Sequence record: MK373778.1
DNA from: Escherichia phage vB_EcoM_WFbE185
DNA length: 64,000 nucleotides
Direction: 5' to 3' (one strand)
Of the stretch, positions 1 to 8,616 are shown one piece after another. The notes beneath the pieces are model-generated. The model worked only from the letters and a program-made list of their open reading frames with translations. It made no database searches and was not told where the DNA came from. Position numbers and translations under genes: made by a program. Within the stretch, counting starts at the first letter, position 1; every line of letters starts with the position of its first letter.

Positions 1-214
1 TTTTCTTTTCGACAGCATTCAAAGGCTTGGCCTGTTTACCTTCATTAGCGCCAGGAAGAGCGAGAATACGCTCTTTGTCAATATAAAGGCTTACAAGTTT
101 CTTACGGTCTTTATCGGACAAATCATGAAATGAATGGGCTTTTTTATTTATAGCGGCTTCTAATTTACCTGCACTCACTCGCGCTTCAGTAATAAATTCT
201 TGATATGTTTTCAT
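1..214 (-). CDS. internal head protein-like (IPI/IPIII-like); N-terminal part only, ORF runs off left window edge
   Basis: ATG at 212-214 on minus strand, not in ORF track because no stop in window; N-terminus MKTYQEFITEARVSAGKLEAAINKKAHSFHDL matches T4 internal-protein capsid targeting leader. Confidence 0.6.
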   Translation of the reverse strand, partial: MKTYQEFITEARVSAGKLEAAINKKAHSFHDLSDKDRKKLVSLYIDKERILALPGANEGKQAKPLNAVEKK

Positions 215-244
215 TTTTTGTTTCCTTGTTTGTTTGATAGAGTA

Positions 245-274
245 ATTATACCATATTAATACTTAAGCGTAAAC
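245..274 (-). promoter_or_regulatory. early sigma70-type promoter (-35 GTTTAC, 18 nt, -10 TATAAT)
   Basis: minus-strand reading GTTTACgcttaagtattaatatggTATAAT about 30 nt upstream of the ATG at 214. Confidence 0.5.
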
Positions 275-277
275 AAT

Positions 278-538
278 TTAAGCTTTACCGCCAGAAATAA
301 TTCCGAAGTTGTTAAAATCGTATCCAATATCGTCAACATCTACTTTAGGACTTGCTACAACATAAGCAATTTCACTACGTTTTGCGTAGGTGTTGATTTC
401 TTTACCATCGCCACCTAAGAAAGAATACCCATTACGTTTTAATGAGCCAAAATCTTCCGCATCACCAATGAAAGCTTTAACTTTAAATTTAGGACCTTTG
501 GCATCTGCTTCAGCGATAAATTCTTGATACATTTTCAT
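278..538 (-). CDS. internal head protein-like, capsid targeting leader MKMYQEFIAE
   Basis: ORF track 86 aa; N-terminal leader of T4 IP type ending in E. Confidence 0.7.
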   Translation of the reverse strand: MKMYQEFIAEADAKGPKFKVKAFIGDAEDFGSLKRNGYSFLGGDGKEINTYAKRSEIAYVVASPKVDVDDIGYDFNNFGIISGGKA

Positions 539-544
539 TTTTCC

Positions 545-958
545 TTAGTAAATTGATTTACCATAGTATTTGTACCAAGTAGGACGTTGAGCAATTTTTT
601 CGTCTAAGCGTGCTTGACTTATCGCAATGGACGCTTCGGACGGGACGTAATTATTACGAAATTCGGCAGGGATGTCGGAAATATCCTGGACTGTTGTGTC
701 CTTGATTTTGAAACCACGTTTCAAACATTCGGCGATTAGCTCGATTTGACGTAAACGTAAAAATTCGAGTTTGTCGTAAAAGAATGTTACGTGACCTGTG
801 CCTAAGATAAATGTTGGAGAGATTTTAAAATCCTTTACACGTTTACCGTTTTGAACATGTTTACGGACTGCACCAAATACGCGTGGTAATTCACGATACT
901 CAGCCATAAGATGTTGGTCGGTCAGTTCAGAAACAAGTGTTAAATTGATACGAGTCAT
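545..958 (-). CDS. denV: endonuclease V, pyrimidine dimer DNA glycosylase
   Basis: [12 protein letters not shown]...[10 protein letters not shown] near-identical to T4 DenV as remembered; start moved to ATG at 958 (ORF track 970 is an upstream extension). Confidence 0.9.
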   Translation of the reverse strand: MTRINLTLVSELTDQHLMAEYRELPRVFGAVRKHVQNGKRVKDFKISPTFILGTGHVTFFYDKLEFLRLRQIELIAECLKRGFKIKDTTVQDISDIPAEFRNNYVPSEASIAISQARLDEKIAQRPTWYKYYGKSIY

Positions 959-985
959 AATTTCCTCCAAGTAGTTGATGAATGT

Positions 986-1015
986 ATAGTATCAAAGTCC
1001 TTGGAGGAAGTAAAC
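986..1015 (-). promoter_or_regulatory. early promoter (-35 GTTTAC, -10 TACTAT) for denV
   Basis: minus-strand GTTTACttcctccaaggactttgaTACTAT then leader with GGAGG before denV ATG. Confidence 0.5.
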
Positions 1016-1016
1016 A

Positions 1017-1298
1017 CTATTTTTCTGAAGCGCCTGAAATATATTTTTCAAGACGTTGTTTCATTAGCGAGCCGTTCTTAGCGATTTCTTCCGGTTTATC
1101 GCACATACGTAACAAGGCTTCAAGCTTAGCGATATCGCTGGTACGTTCAAATTTGCGAGTATCTATCTTACTAGCAAGTTCAGAAATACGTGCTAATAGA
1201 CTTTCGGCTTCAACCAAAGCTGCACCTAGCTTAGTTGCAAATGTGTCGGTAGCTTCGTTAAGAATAGATTCTGATAAAAATTCACTATATGTTTTCAT
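1017..1298 (-). CDS. internal head protein-like, leader [10 protein letters not shown]
   Basis: ORF track 1017..1313; likely start at in-frame ATG 1298 giving [10 protein letters not shown]; ATGA overlap with lysozyme stop. Confidence 0.65.
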   Translation of the reverse strand: MKTYSEFLSESILNEATDTFATKLGAALVEAESLLARISELASKIDTRKFERTSDIAKLEALLRMCDKPEEIAKNGSLMKQRLEKYISGASEK

Positions 1299-1783
1299 AT
1301 ATACGCTTTCCAAGTTCCTGTTTTAAATGTTGAGATTACGCGTTTCGCGCGATTAGGTGTCTGACGATACCATTTAGATTGGGCTAAATTTACTGCCGCT
1401 TCGTCCCAACGTTTCTGTTGAAGCATACGAAGAGAATTAGTAAAACCGGAGACGCCTGCTACACCCATTTGGAAGACCATATTGACCAATGCACATCGAC
1501 GAACCGCATCTAAAGAATCGTATACCGGTTTAAGTTTAGCATTACCCAAGATTCCGCGAACGGCTTTATCAACGTCTTCATTAAATAGCTTTTCAGCCTC
1601 ATCAAGGGTAATTGTACCGTTGCATTTACGTCCGATCATTCTGTCAAGTTCAGCTTTAGCTACGGCTAAAGACGGGTTCTTTGTTACTAAATGGCCTATG
1701 CCAATAGTCCAAAAGCCTTCGGTGTCTTTGTATAAAGTCAGTCTAAGACCTTCGTCATTACGAAGCATTTCAAATATATTCAT
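1295..1783 (-). CDS. e: lysozyme (endolysin, T4 lysozyme family)
   Basis: [15 protein letters not shown]...TGTWKAYI about 85 percent identical to T4 lysozyme as remembered; GGGAGG SD before ATG 1783. Confidence 0.95.
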   Translation of the reverse strand: MNIFEMLRNDEGLRLTLYKDTEGFWTIGIGHLVTKNPSLAVAKAELDRMIGRKCNGTITLDEAEKLFNEDVDKAVRGILGNAKLKPVYDSLDAVRRCALVNMVFQMGVAGVSGFTNSLRMLQQKRWDEAAVNLAQSKWYRQTPNRAKRVISTFKTGTWKAYI

Positions 1784-1817
1784 AATACCTCCCACGTTTA
1801 TAGGAGGTATTTATTAC

Positions 1818-2276
1818 TTATAGGAGTGTAGTGAGCACCTTATATAATGATTTGCCCATTACATATTCCCATTGAGAAGGTTTAATTAAAGCGAATGCAT
1901 CAAATTCAGGAATCTGTCGTCCTTCTGGGAATGTATGATAGGAATTACAAACACTGTTTCTGAATTGCTCGTGCTCTACAGGGATGGTATATAGGAACAG
2001 ATGAATATTCTTATTGTCTGAGTAATGATGTTCACCTAGGTCTTTCAGGAAGGCAGGGTCATATTGTGTAAACCCAGTTTCTTCTTCGCATTCACGAATA
2101 GCGGCTTCAATAGGAGATTCACCCGGCTCGACACGTCCTTTAGGAATATCCCACCGATGAGCTAAAGAACCTTTAGGACGAGAACCAGTTACACGCCCCA
2201 TGAATAATTCTTTATCTTCGGTAAGGAAAATAATACCGGCTGATAGTTCTTTCACTTTATTTTTCTTACTCATCAT
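1818..2276 (-). CDS. nudE: Nudix hydrolase
   Basis: Nudix box G-x5-E-x7-REC-EE-TG in ORF; position next to e as T4 e.1. Confidence 0.85.
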   Translation of the reverse strand: MMSKKNKVKELSAGIIFLTEDKELFMGRVTGSRPKGSLAHRWDIPKGRVEPGESPIEAAIRECEEETGFTQYDPAFLKDLGEHHYSDNKNIHLFLYTIPVEHEQFRNSVCNSYHTFPEGRQIPEFDAFALIKPSQWEYVMGKSLYKVLTTLL

Positions 2277-2517
2277 CTCGGTCCCATGATTTGGCCATTA
2301 ATTCGGACATAAATTCTTCAATGCGCGTTTCTTTAGATGGACTTTCACTATTAGAGACCGCAAGTTTGTAATCTGCAATAGGACAGAACATATCAAGGTC
2401 CATATTAAGGTCGTCTTTGATTTTTTCTTCTGACACATCTTTATCGTATGTGTACAGATAACTATCACATGATTCTGATTTAATGTAAATTGCTATACTC
2501 ATCTCAAATTCCTGCAT
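2266..2517 (-). CDS. hypothetical protein
   Basis: ORF track 83 aa; overlaps upstream ORF end, consistent with translational coupling. Confidence 0.6.
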   Translation of the reverse strand: MQEFEMSIAIYIKSESCDSYLYTYDKDVSEEKIKDDLNMDLDMFCPIADYKLAVSNSESPSKETRIEEFMSELMAKSWDRDDE

Positions 2518-2990
2518 TCGGTAATAAAACGTTCAACTTCATTATTCTTGGCCTTTATCTTGTCTTTACGTTCCTGTAAACTACTTTTAACAAGATTAAT
2601 AATGATGCCTACAGTACCTCCACCAATAATACCACCAATAATACTTACGATAGTAGATGCTAATAAGATAGCAATAATATCAACAAAACCGAAAGAACTC
2701 ACCTTAGTACTAAAAAACCATACCGACGGTACAAATATAATCCATCCTGTTATCCATTGGCACTTATTGAAAAACTTTTCAAGCTCAGCTTGAGTTGTTC
2801 GTATTACTTCATCGATAGGTTGATATCCGTTAATGTATCTGTTCACGATAATACCTGCTGGCTGGTCGATTTTAAATTCTTGGCAAATACGTTTAACTAA
2901 GTAGGATGGACATCCTGTCCAATCTACTGAATAGTATGAAATACCTTCGTTGCCATCGTCTATATTAGACCAATATGTTTTGTTAATCAT
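2499..2990 (-). CDS. hypothetical membrane protein (two predicted TM helices), C-terminal FITECR
   Basis: ORF track 163 aa; hydrophobic stretches WIIFVPSVWFF and IIAILLASTIVSIIGGIIGGG. Confidence 0.65.
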   Translation of the reverse strand: MINKTYWSNIDDGNEGISYYSVDWTGCPSYLVKRICQEFKIDQPAGIIVNRYINGYQPIDEVIRTTQAELEKFFNKCQWITGWIIFVPSVWFFSTKVSSFGFVDIIAILLASTIVSIIGGIIGGGTVGIIINLVKSSLQERKDKIKAKNNEVERFITECRNLR

Positions 2991-3676
2991 TACCAGCCTT
3001 CCATAGGGAATTCCAGATAAACTTGAGCATTGACACGAATTTCATTGGTAATCTTTTTAACTCGGTCTGTATTACGAGATACACGTCCGAACCAACGCCA
3101 TCCGTTACTAATTGCACGAGAACCAGTGTGCCATGTTTGCCAATCAAACTGAAGAAGAGTACGATCTGGAGCTTCCCATTTCTCTAGTTCACCTTTTTCA
3201 ATTTTTTCGAGGACTTCTTTGTGCCACTGGCGATAGATAAGTTCGCCATCAGGAATCTGACTGAACTCTGCAGTTCCTGTTGCAAAATGAGTAGGACACA
3301 CGTCAGCGTTAACAAGACCAAGAATGTGTTCAGACAAATAGCGAGGATTGTCATAATCAGGTTGTCCTGCAGTAATAAAGTGTTGACCTACCGGAATATC
3401 CGGGCGTGGTACATCGTCATGGTGATAACCTGGGATAGCAGGGTACCAACCAGGCATCAGCATGTGGACTCGTGAATCAAATACAACCTGATCGGTGTTC
3501 CAATCATCTGGCAAGTTCATGATGAAGCTGCGAGTAATAGGACCGCCGTTATTATAAGCAAATTCTAAACTACAGTTGAAGAACATAGGCTCGTTTTTAA
3601 TCTGCTCGTTTTTAATCGCATGAGCAAAACCACCTACTGCACGAGCTTGACTATTAAACACTTTAGAACTATTCAT
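2990..3676 (-). CDS. hypothetical protein
   Basis: ORF track 228 aa; ATG preceded by GAGGA. Confidence 0.7.
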   Translation of the reverse strand: MNSSKVFNSQARAVGGFAHAIKNEQIKNEPMFFNCSLEFAYNNGGPITRSFIMNLPDDWNTDQVVFDSRVHMLMPGWYPAIPGYHHDDVPRPDIPVGQHFITAGQPDYDNPRYLSEHILGLVNADVCPTHFATGTAEFSQIPDGELIYRQWHKEVLEKIEKGELEKWEAPDRTLLQFDWQTWHTGSRAISNGWRWFGRVSRNTDRVKKITNEIRVNAQVYLEFPMEGW

Positions 3677-3677
3677 A

Positions 3678-3983
3678 TTATTTTCCTCGACATTCTTTAA
3701 TGAAATTTTCTAGATTGGTAGATTCAATAGCTTTTTTACGAGCTTCTGCGTGTTCTTCTTCAGACAATTTACGTTTATAATTGACCCAGACATTATGGTC
3801 TAAACCGGTCGTGGCATATAATATCAAAGCTCCGACGAATAATAAAAACGGTGATAAAAATATACAACCAGGAACACCATCCATACTGTAAGCCTTTTGT
3901 AATACTGCAACAGAAAGAGCTGCGTAAAAAAGTGATGCAAATATTGTAAAAAGACCAATTCGGTTGGTTTCGCCTAATTTCAT
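3678..3983 (-). CDS. hypothetical small membrane protein, C-terminal FIKECR
   Basis: ORF track 101 aa; two hydrophobic helices; own early promoter. Confidence 0.7.
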   Translation of the reverse strand: MKLGETNRIGLFTIFASLFYAALSVAVLQKAYSMDGVPGCIFLSPFLLFVGALILYATTGLDHNVWVNYKRKLSEEEHAEARKKAIESTNLENFIKECRGK

Positions 3984-4011
3984 AATATTCTCCTCATGTT
4001 TTAATAGGACT

Positions 4012-4041
4012 ACTATAACATAGCCCTATAATTGTGTAAAC
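4012..4041 (-). promoter_or_regulatory. early promoter cassette (-35 GTTTAC, -10 TATAGT inside ataggact/agtcctat palindrome)
   Basis: minus GTTTACacaattatagggctatgtTATAGT, leader with GAGGAG before ATG 3983. Confidence 0.55.
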
Positions 4042-4053
4042 AGTTTTGTGAAG

Positions 4054-5010
4054 TTATTTGAAAGGTTTTACCATATGGAAATTTTGTTTGAAACGTTTTA
4101 CGTAATCGTCATGTCCTAAGCTTTGGTACATACTTACAACTTTGCTGTAGTTTTCCCAGGCGTATTCACGGAACCAACCGGAGGTGATGCTTGTGCAGAC
4201 TTTTTCTAATGCCATCATGAAACTGGCTTCAGGGTTAATTTTAAAGTCATTAGGAATCTGAGAACGTTCTAATGCTAGTACACATGATTCTTCATATACA
4301 CCGGCCAATTTGACCATTTCTGGTAACGATTCGAACTTCTCGCGTGAGGTCATGACTTCAGAACCGTCTTTCATATAAAATGTATACGCTGGGCGGTCTG
4401 TTAGCGCAATGGCTTCGTGAATAGTGTCATGGTCATATGTATAGATGTCATCTTTAAAGAACGCACTTTTAGAAGTGTCAAGAACTGGGTGAGCATAGTT
4501 CAAGGTTTCTTTCTGGCGTTTCAGCATAATTTCAGTAAGTTCATCGTTCAGTGTAACACCTTTACCACGAAGATACTGAATATGGTTCATAGTCTTTAAA
4601 AAGAATGGATTATTTTTCTTGAAACGATGAGACATCTTAATTGCAAGGCACATCTCAGGAGTCGCCCAGTAAAACCCGTTCAAACGGTCTTTAGACAAAT
4701 TTTTCTTGGCGTATTTTAAAAGGTCATAAGAAGACGTGAAATCTTCAGGAGTGAGTTCACCTACTAATTCACGGACATTAGTGATTGCCGGAACAATATA
4801 TGCTTCAAAATGAGTTTCGCGTCCATTATGGAAGCATTTGAAAACTTGGACATCAGGGTTATCTTGGTGAACATATACACCCATCATTTGATTTTTGAAT
4901 GCATTCCAAGAACATTGGTCCGCAATAAAGTCCCAATCACTATTTTTGATAGCGCTAGAATCAATAAGACCGTGATAGTGAAGTGCACGAGAACCAATAA
5001 CTAACATCAT
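4054..5010 (-). CDS. hypothetical protein, possible nucleotidyltransferase fold
   Basis: ORF track 318 aa; N-terminal IGSRALHYHGL...SDWDFIAD resembles GS...DxD of Pol-beta-type NTases (weak). Confidence 0.7.
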   Translation of the reverse strand: MMLVIGSRALHYHGLIDSSAIKNSDWDFIADQCSWNAFKNQMMGVYVHQDNPDVQVFKCFHNGRETHFEAYIVPAITNVRELVGELTPEDFTSSYDLLKYAKKNLSKDRLNGFYWATPEMCLAIKMSHRFKKNNPFFLKTMNHIQYLRGKGVTLNDELTEIMLKRQKETLNYAHPVLDTSKSAFFKDDIYTYDHDTIHEAIALTDRPAYTFYMKDGSEVMTSREKFESLPEMVKLAGVYEESCVLALERSQIPNDFKINPEASFMMALEKVCTSITSGWFREYAWENYSKVVSMYQSLGHDDYVKRFKQNFHMVKPFK

Positions 5011-5038
5011 AATATTTTCCTCGGATTAATTCATTAAC

Positions 5039-5278
5039 TTAAATTTCACGACATGCGATATTATATTCATCCCAGAGGTCAACATGTGAAGCCTCTACCA
5101 ATGGAACGATTGTACCGTTTATGTCTTCATTATAAGGGCAAATTGTACAGTGCGCATCTTCGAATCGGATGCCTTTATGTTCAGATTTTTTATAACGCAT
5201 ATCGAATATCTTTGCAAACTTTTCACGACTAATAGTTTTAGCAACTACTTCAGTTCCGATACTTTCGTAATAAATCAT
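5039..5278 (-). CDS. hypothetical protein
   Basis: ORF track 5039..5290; second ATG (MIYYES) has GGAG SD, first does not. Confidence 0.6.
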   Translation of the reverse strand: MIYYESIGTEVVAKTISREKFAKIFDMRYKKSEHKGIRFEDAHCTICPYNEDINGTIVPLVEASHVDLWDEYNIACREI

Positions 5279-5306
5279 TGTGGACTCCATTTAATTTGAT
5301 AGGACT

Positions 5307-5336
5307 ACTATAACATAGCCCTATCTTGTTGTAAAC
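5307..5336 (-). promoter_or_regulatory. early promoter cassette (GTTTAC / TATAGT in palindrome)
   Basis: same gataggactactataacatagccctatc cassette as at 4000. Confidence 0.55.
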
Positions 5337-5340
5337 TGTT

Positions 5341-5538
5341 TTAGCAAGAATAACTAGATGATACCCAGCCTTGAACAGTAATACTATTGTGGGATAATGA
5401 GATCGCGTCCTGGAGATTCAGACCTGCGTTATCTTCAATCCATAATGTAACTTCTTCGCGTTCTTCTGTTGCAATCTGGAACAGGTTTTCCAGAGCAGCT
5501 ACTGCGGTACGCACAGCACAATCTAATTCACGAGACAT
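5341..5538 (-). CDS. hypothetical protein, paralog family member (C-terminal GWVSSSYSC)
   Basis: ORF track 65 aa. Confidence 0.6.
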   Translation of the reverse strand: MSRELDCAVRTAVAALENLFQIATEEREEVTLWIEDNAGLNLQDAISLSHNSITVQGWVSSSYSC

Positions 5539-5547
5539 ATTGTTTCC

Positions 5548-5820
5548 TTAACAAGTGTGAGAAGATGCGACCCAACCACCAGTTTCGAGGCTCAAGTTGT
5601 AGTCGTATTGGTAAACGTCAGCCCATTCAGCATAGCCGTTTTTTGTACAACGTTCAAGATCAGCTTTAAGATGTCCGGGTGAATGATAGGTTCCACCCAT
5701 ACCATAAGCTGGGTACAAGTTGAATGTTGTGTTTTGTTTATCGGCAATTTCTTTGGCAGCCTCAATAGCTGCATAGATTTTTGCTACAGCTTCAGCCAGT
5801 TCGGTTTGTTCTTTAGACAT
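5548..5820 (-). CDS. hypothetical protein, paralog family member (C-terminal GWVASSHTC)
   Basis: ORF track 90 aa. Confidence 0.65.
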   Translation of the reverse strand: MSKEQTELAEAVAKIYAAIEAAKEIADKQNTTFNLYPAYGMGGTYHSPGHLKADLERCTKNGYAEWADVYQYDYNLSLETGGWVASSHTC

Positions 5821-5829
5821 AATGATTCC

Positions 5830-6135
5830 TTAGCACAACGCAGAAGACGAAACCCAAGCACCTTCAGTAATAACGTAACCATTACCTTCACGCTTAACAT
5901 CGCCACCATTATTTTCAATTTCATCTTTCATCCACTGGGATACGATTTCACCCTTAGGATAATAAGTACGACCGCTACCATAATCACCTACAGAAAATGA
6001 TACGGCATATTGGTCTGCGATCTTTGTTGCTTCTTCTTCGATACGTTCAGCTTGATTCAGAAGTTTATAAATTGCATCTGAAGCGGATTTGGCATCATTA
6101 AACTCTGGTACTTTAATTTCAATAATCTTACTCAT
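5830..6135 (-). CDS. hypothetical protein, paralog family member (C-terminal AWVSSSALC)
   Basis: ORF track 101 aa. Confidence 0.65.
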   Translation of the reverse strand: MSKIIEIKVPEFNDAKSASDAIYKLLNQAERIEEEATKIADQYAVSFSVGDYGSGRTYYPKGEIVSQWMKDEIENNGGDVKREGNGYVITEGAWVSSSALC

Positions 6136-6205
6136 TTTCTACATTCCTTAATAAAGTTTTCGATTGTTTCATTTTCACGTTTAGCTAGGAGTTCATTATA
6201 ACTAT

Positions 6206-6490
6206 TCATTTGAGAAGCGTAAACCCTTTTATTTTCTTGTTATGGTTTATAAAATCGTAGTAAAAATAGACTACAGTACAAAATGATGCGATTGATGCAA
6301 AGGCTTGAGTATATCGTAAGTCCTGCCACTGGTCTGTGAATCCACCAGTGTTCCCTATAAATCCTAACACAACGCCGTCAATAAGAAATCCAACTAATCC
6401 AAAGGCAAATCCCATGCCAATACTCATAATAAAAATTAGAATGTTCTCACCAAGAGAAGGCCATACGGTTAAGAGTTGAGGCTTTTGCAT
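6206..6490 (-). CDS. hypothetical small membrane protein
   Basis: ORF track 94 aa; hydrophobic core ILIFIMSIGMGFAFGLVGFLIDGVVLGFIG; start overlaps upstream ORF. Confidence 0.6.
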   Translation of the reverse strand: MQKPQLLTVWPSLGENILIFIMSIGMGFAFGLVGFLIDGVVLGFIGNTGGFTDQWQDLRYTQAFASIASFCTVVYFYYDFINHNKKIKGFTLLK

Positions 6491-6864
6491 CTTATTTCCT
6501 TAACGAATTCCATAGCTTCTTCATATTCATACTTTTTAACAGCTTCATCATACTGAGCTTGGGCTTTTGCGCACTGAACTTTCCATTCTCTTAATCGGGC
6601 TCTGTGATGACGGCCTTGGTGCCAATATCCTGCCCAATTAATAGGCATTAATAAAAATGGTACAATAAGTGGGGCGACGAACATTAATGAAAATGCTGCA
6701 TCAGACGATATAACTTTACTAGAATCTAAAACAGCTCCTATAATCATAAAGATTAAAAATGCTAAAGCTAAAATAGGGCCAAATAGTACTTCGTTTGGGA
6801 TTAATTTACGTTTGTATTCGTATGCCCAGGGCTTAATTGGCATGTACAGGGTTGGCTTTGACAT
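6469..6864 (-). CDS. hypothetical membrane protein, C-terminal EFVKEIRC
   Basis: ORF track 6469..6894 begins with TTG; first ATG at 6864 (MSKPTLY); two hydrophobic helices. Confidence 0.6.
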   Translation of the reverse strand: MSKPTLYMPIKPWAYEYKRKLIPNEVLFGPILALAFLIFMIIGAVLDSSKVISSDAAFSLMFVAPLIVPFLLMPINWAGYWHQGRHHRARLREWKVQCAKAQAQYDEAVKKYEYEEAMEFVKEIRCKSLNS

Positions 6865-7435
6865 ATTCTCTACATTCCATAATAAATTGCTCAAGGATTA
6901 AATTGTTAGTGAAATTAGGACTAACAACCATAGTTTCATAAAGCGCATCAATAGCACTTAAAGCATCAACTCTTTTAAGCAAAGGCTTGCCTTCATACAT
7001 AGTTTCAGAATCAACGATTAACGTAAAGTAATATTTTTTATTATCGACTAGAACTTCTGTGTCGATATAAAACATATTAGACCTCAGAAGCTTATCTCTA
7101 AAACCATAATAATCTTCTGAACGTTCGCTGATATATTCCCATTCAGTGTTTAAACAACAAACAGACCACGTAGGAGAAACGAAATCAGTGAATCTAATAT
7201 CATGGTCTGCAACTAGTTTAGCAATAGCTCCGATATCATGAATCATAATACCTGGGGCTAATAAAGATTTTCTGCTATGGCTAGCCGTTTTCTCAGTGGT
7301 CTCATAAGAAGCTGACCAGTACCATTTACGTCCGGTTGCAACATATCGTAATGAATCAACTAAAGACGTAGGTGGATTTACCTTATCTCGGAACTCTTCG
7401 AACATTGAGTCAATATCATTATTTTGGTTTCGCAT
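6833..7435 (-). CDS. hypothetical protein, C-terminal FIMECR
   Basis: ORF track 6833..7456 begins with TTG; ATG at 7435 preceded by AAAGGAG. Confidence 0.7.
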   Translation of the reverse strand: MRNQNNDIDSMFEEFRDKVNPPTSLVDSLRYVATGRKWYWSASYETTEKTASHSRKSLLAPGIMIHDIGAIAKLVADHDIRFTDFVSPTWSVCCLNTEWEYISERSEDYYGFRDKLLRSNMFYIDTEVLVDNKKYYFTLIVDSETMYEGKPLLKRVDALSAIDALYETMVVSPNFTNNLILEQFIMECREYVKANPVHAN

Positions 7436-7458
7436 GTTAACTCCTTTATTATCCAAAA

Positions 7459-7476
7459 GGAGGACCGGAGTCCTCC
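7459..7476 (-). terminator. intrinsic terminator hairpin after ORF 7485..8078
   Basis: ggaggaccggagtcctcc stem-loop followed by T-run on minus strand. Confidence 0.5.
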
Positions 7477-7484
7477 GTATTATT

Positions 7485-8078
7485 TTATTTCAAAGAGTTA
7501 ATATATTCTTGTACATCAGCAGAAGTGGTTTCGACACCGGCTAGAGTGCCATTAAACGTTTCAACACGAGTCAGAGTGTCTTCGATATCAACCTTAGTCA
7601 GTGCAGCGATTTCAATTACATCATCGGCTGTAGAGATACCAAGGGCATTGGCTGCTCGAGTTTCACGAATGTATTCGAGTTTGATTGCCAGGTTCTGACG
7701 AGCATCGTCAAGTTCAACCACCTTACGAGCAATTTCAATTCGCATAGCGGCATACCCGTCAGCTTTTGTATTAAGTTGTTCGGCAGTTCGACGATACAGA
7801 AGACCAAGCTTAGCATGCATGGTAACATCTTGTCCTTCGGCCAAGAGCTTACGAATTTCACGTTCCTTAGAAGCGGCTTGCTTATTCTTTTCAATAACAA
7901 GTTCGCGAATACGTTTTTCTTCATTAATAGATTTAACAGAGGCCGTTTTTAGTTCTTTGATTTGGGTAATCAACTTATCTGCAGCTGCGTTATACTGTTC
8001 TTCGACAGTCAGATTTTTAGCCATAGCAGTACCCAGTTTAGTGCGGATGAATTCAACAAGTTTCTTCAGTGTGTTCAT
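7485..8078 (-). CDS. hypothetical coiled-coil protein
   Basis: ORF track 7485..8120; ATG at 8078 (MNTLKKL); charged heptad-like sequence throughout. Confidence 0.7.
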   Translation of the reverse strand: MNTLKKLVEFIRTKLGTAMAKNLTVEEQYNAAADKLITQIKELKTASVKSINEEKRIRELVIEKNKQAASKEREIRKLLAEGQDVTMHAKLGLLYRRTAEQLNTKADGYAAMRIEIARKVVELDDARQNLAIKLEYIRETRAANALGISTADDVIEIAALTKVDIEDTLTRVETFNGTLAGVETTSADVQEYINSLK

Positions 8079-8147
8079 ATTATTACCTTTCAATTGGTGG
8101 TTTATTATCCATGAGAGCATTATACTCTGCTCTCAAGAGTTTGTAAA

Positions 8148-8375
8148 TTATTTTTTAATCAAATTGACATAAAACTCTGCGTCTTCGGGGTGCATGCCTT
8201 CGCAGTATTCTTCAACCATGAACTTCTTAACGGCTTCATAAGGACCACTCAGATTAAGCTCAGTTGTCCAGAACTTGGAATCTTGTACTGAATCGATACG
8301 AACTTCAGGGTGACGGTTGCGAATAACTTCTTCTGTGTATTCATAATCAACGACATCAATACTAACTTTAGCCAT
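8148..8375 (-). CDS. hypothetical protein
   Basis: ORF track 75 aa; early promoter cassette and GAGGA upstream. Confidence 0.65.
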   Translation of the reverse strand: MAKVSIDVVDYEYTEEVIRNRHPEVRIDSVQDSKFWTTELNLSGPYEAVKKFMVEEYCEGMHPEDAEFYVNLIKK

Positions 8376-8403
8376 TTTGTTTTCCTCTTGATTTGATAGG
8401 ACT

Positions 8404-8433
8404 ACTATAACATAAACTTACTTAGATGTAAAT
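8404..8433 (-). promoter_or_regulatory. early promoter cassette (ATTTAC / TATAGT in palindrome)
   Basis: gataggactactataacat motif upstream of ORF 8148..8375. Confidence 0.45.
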
Positions 8434-8586
8434 TATTTCAACGTCACCTTTAGCTGCTTTATAACCTTCAGCCCAAGATACAACAGAGTTTTTATCTGAG
8501 GATTCAAATTCAGGCATTGGACTTTCACCAATATTCACACAGTATGTTTCTTCATTTTCATCGAACCAAATAATTAAAGTAGTCAT
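8422..8586 (-). CDS. hypothetical small protein (54 aa), not in ORF track
   Basis: hand translation MTTLIIWFDENEETYCVNIGESPMPEFESSDKNSVVSWAEGYKAAKGDVEIIYI; GAGGAG SD and early promoter upstream. Confidence 0.45.
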   Translation of the reverse strand: MTTLIIWFDENEETYCVNIGESPMPEFESSDKNSVVSWAEGYKAAKGDVEIIYI

Positions 8587-8616
8587 TTTGTTTACTCCTC
8601 TGTAGTTGATAAGTCT

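Noticed and set aside
982-1326. Plus-strand ORF of 114 aa
   Set aside because: Antisense to the internal-protein gene 1017..1298 and the denV promoter region; low-complexity S/L-rich translation.
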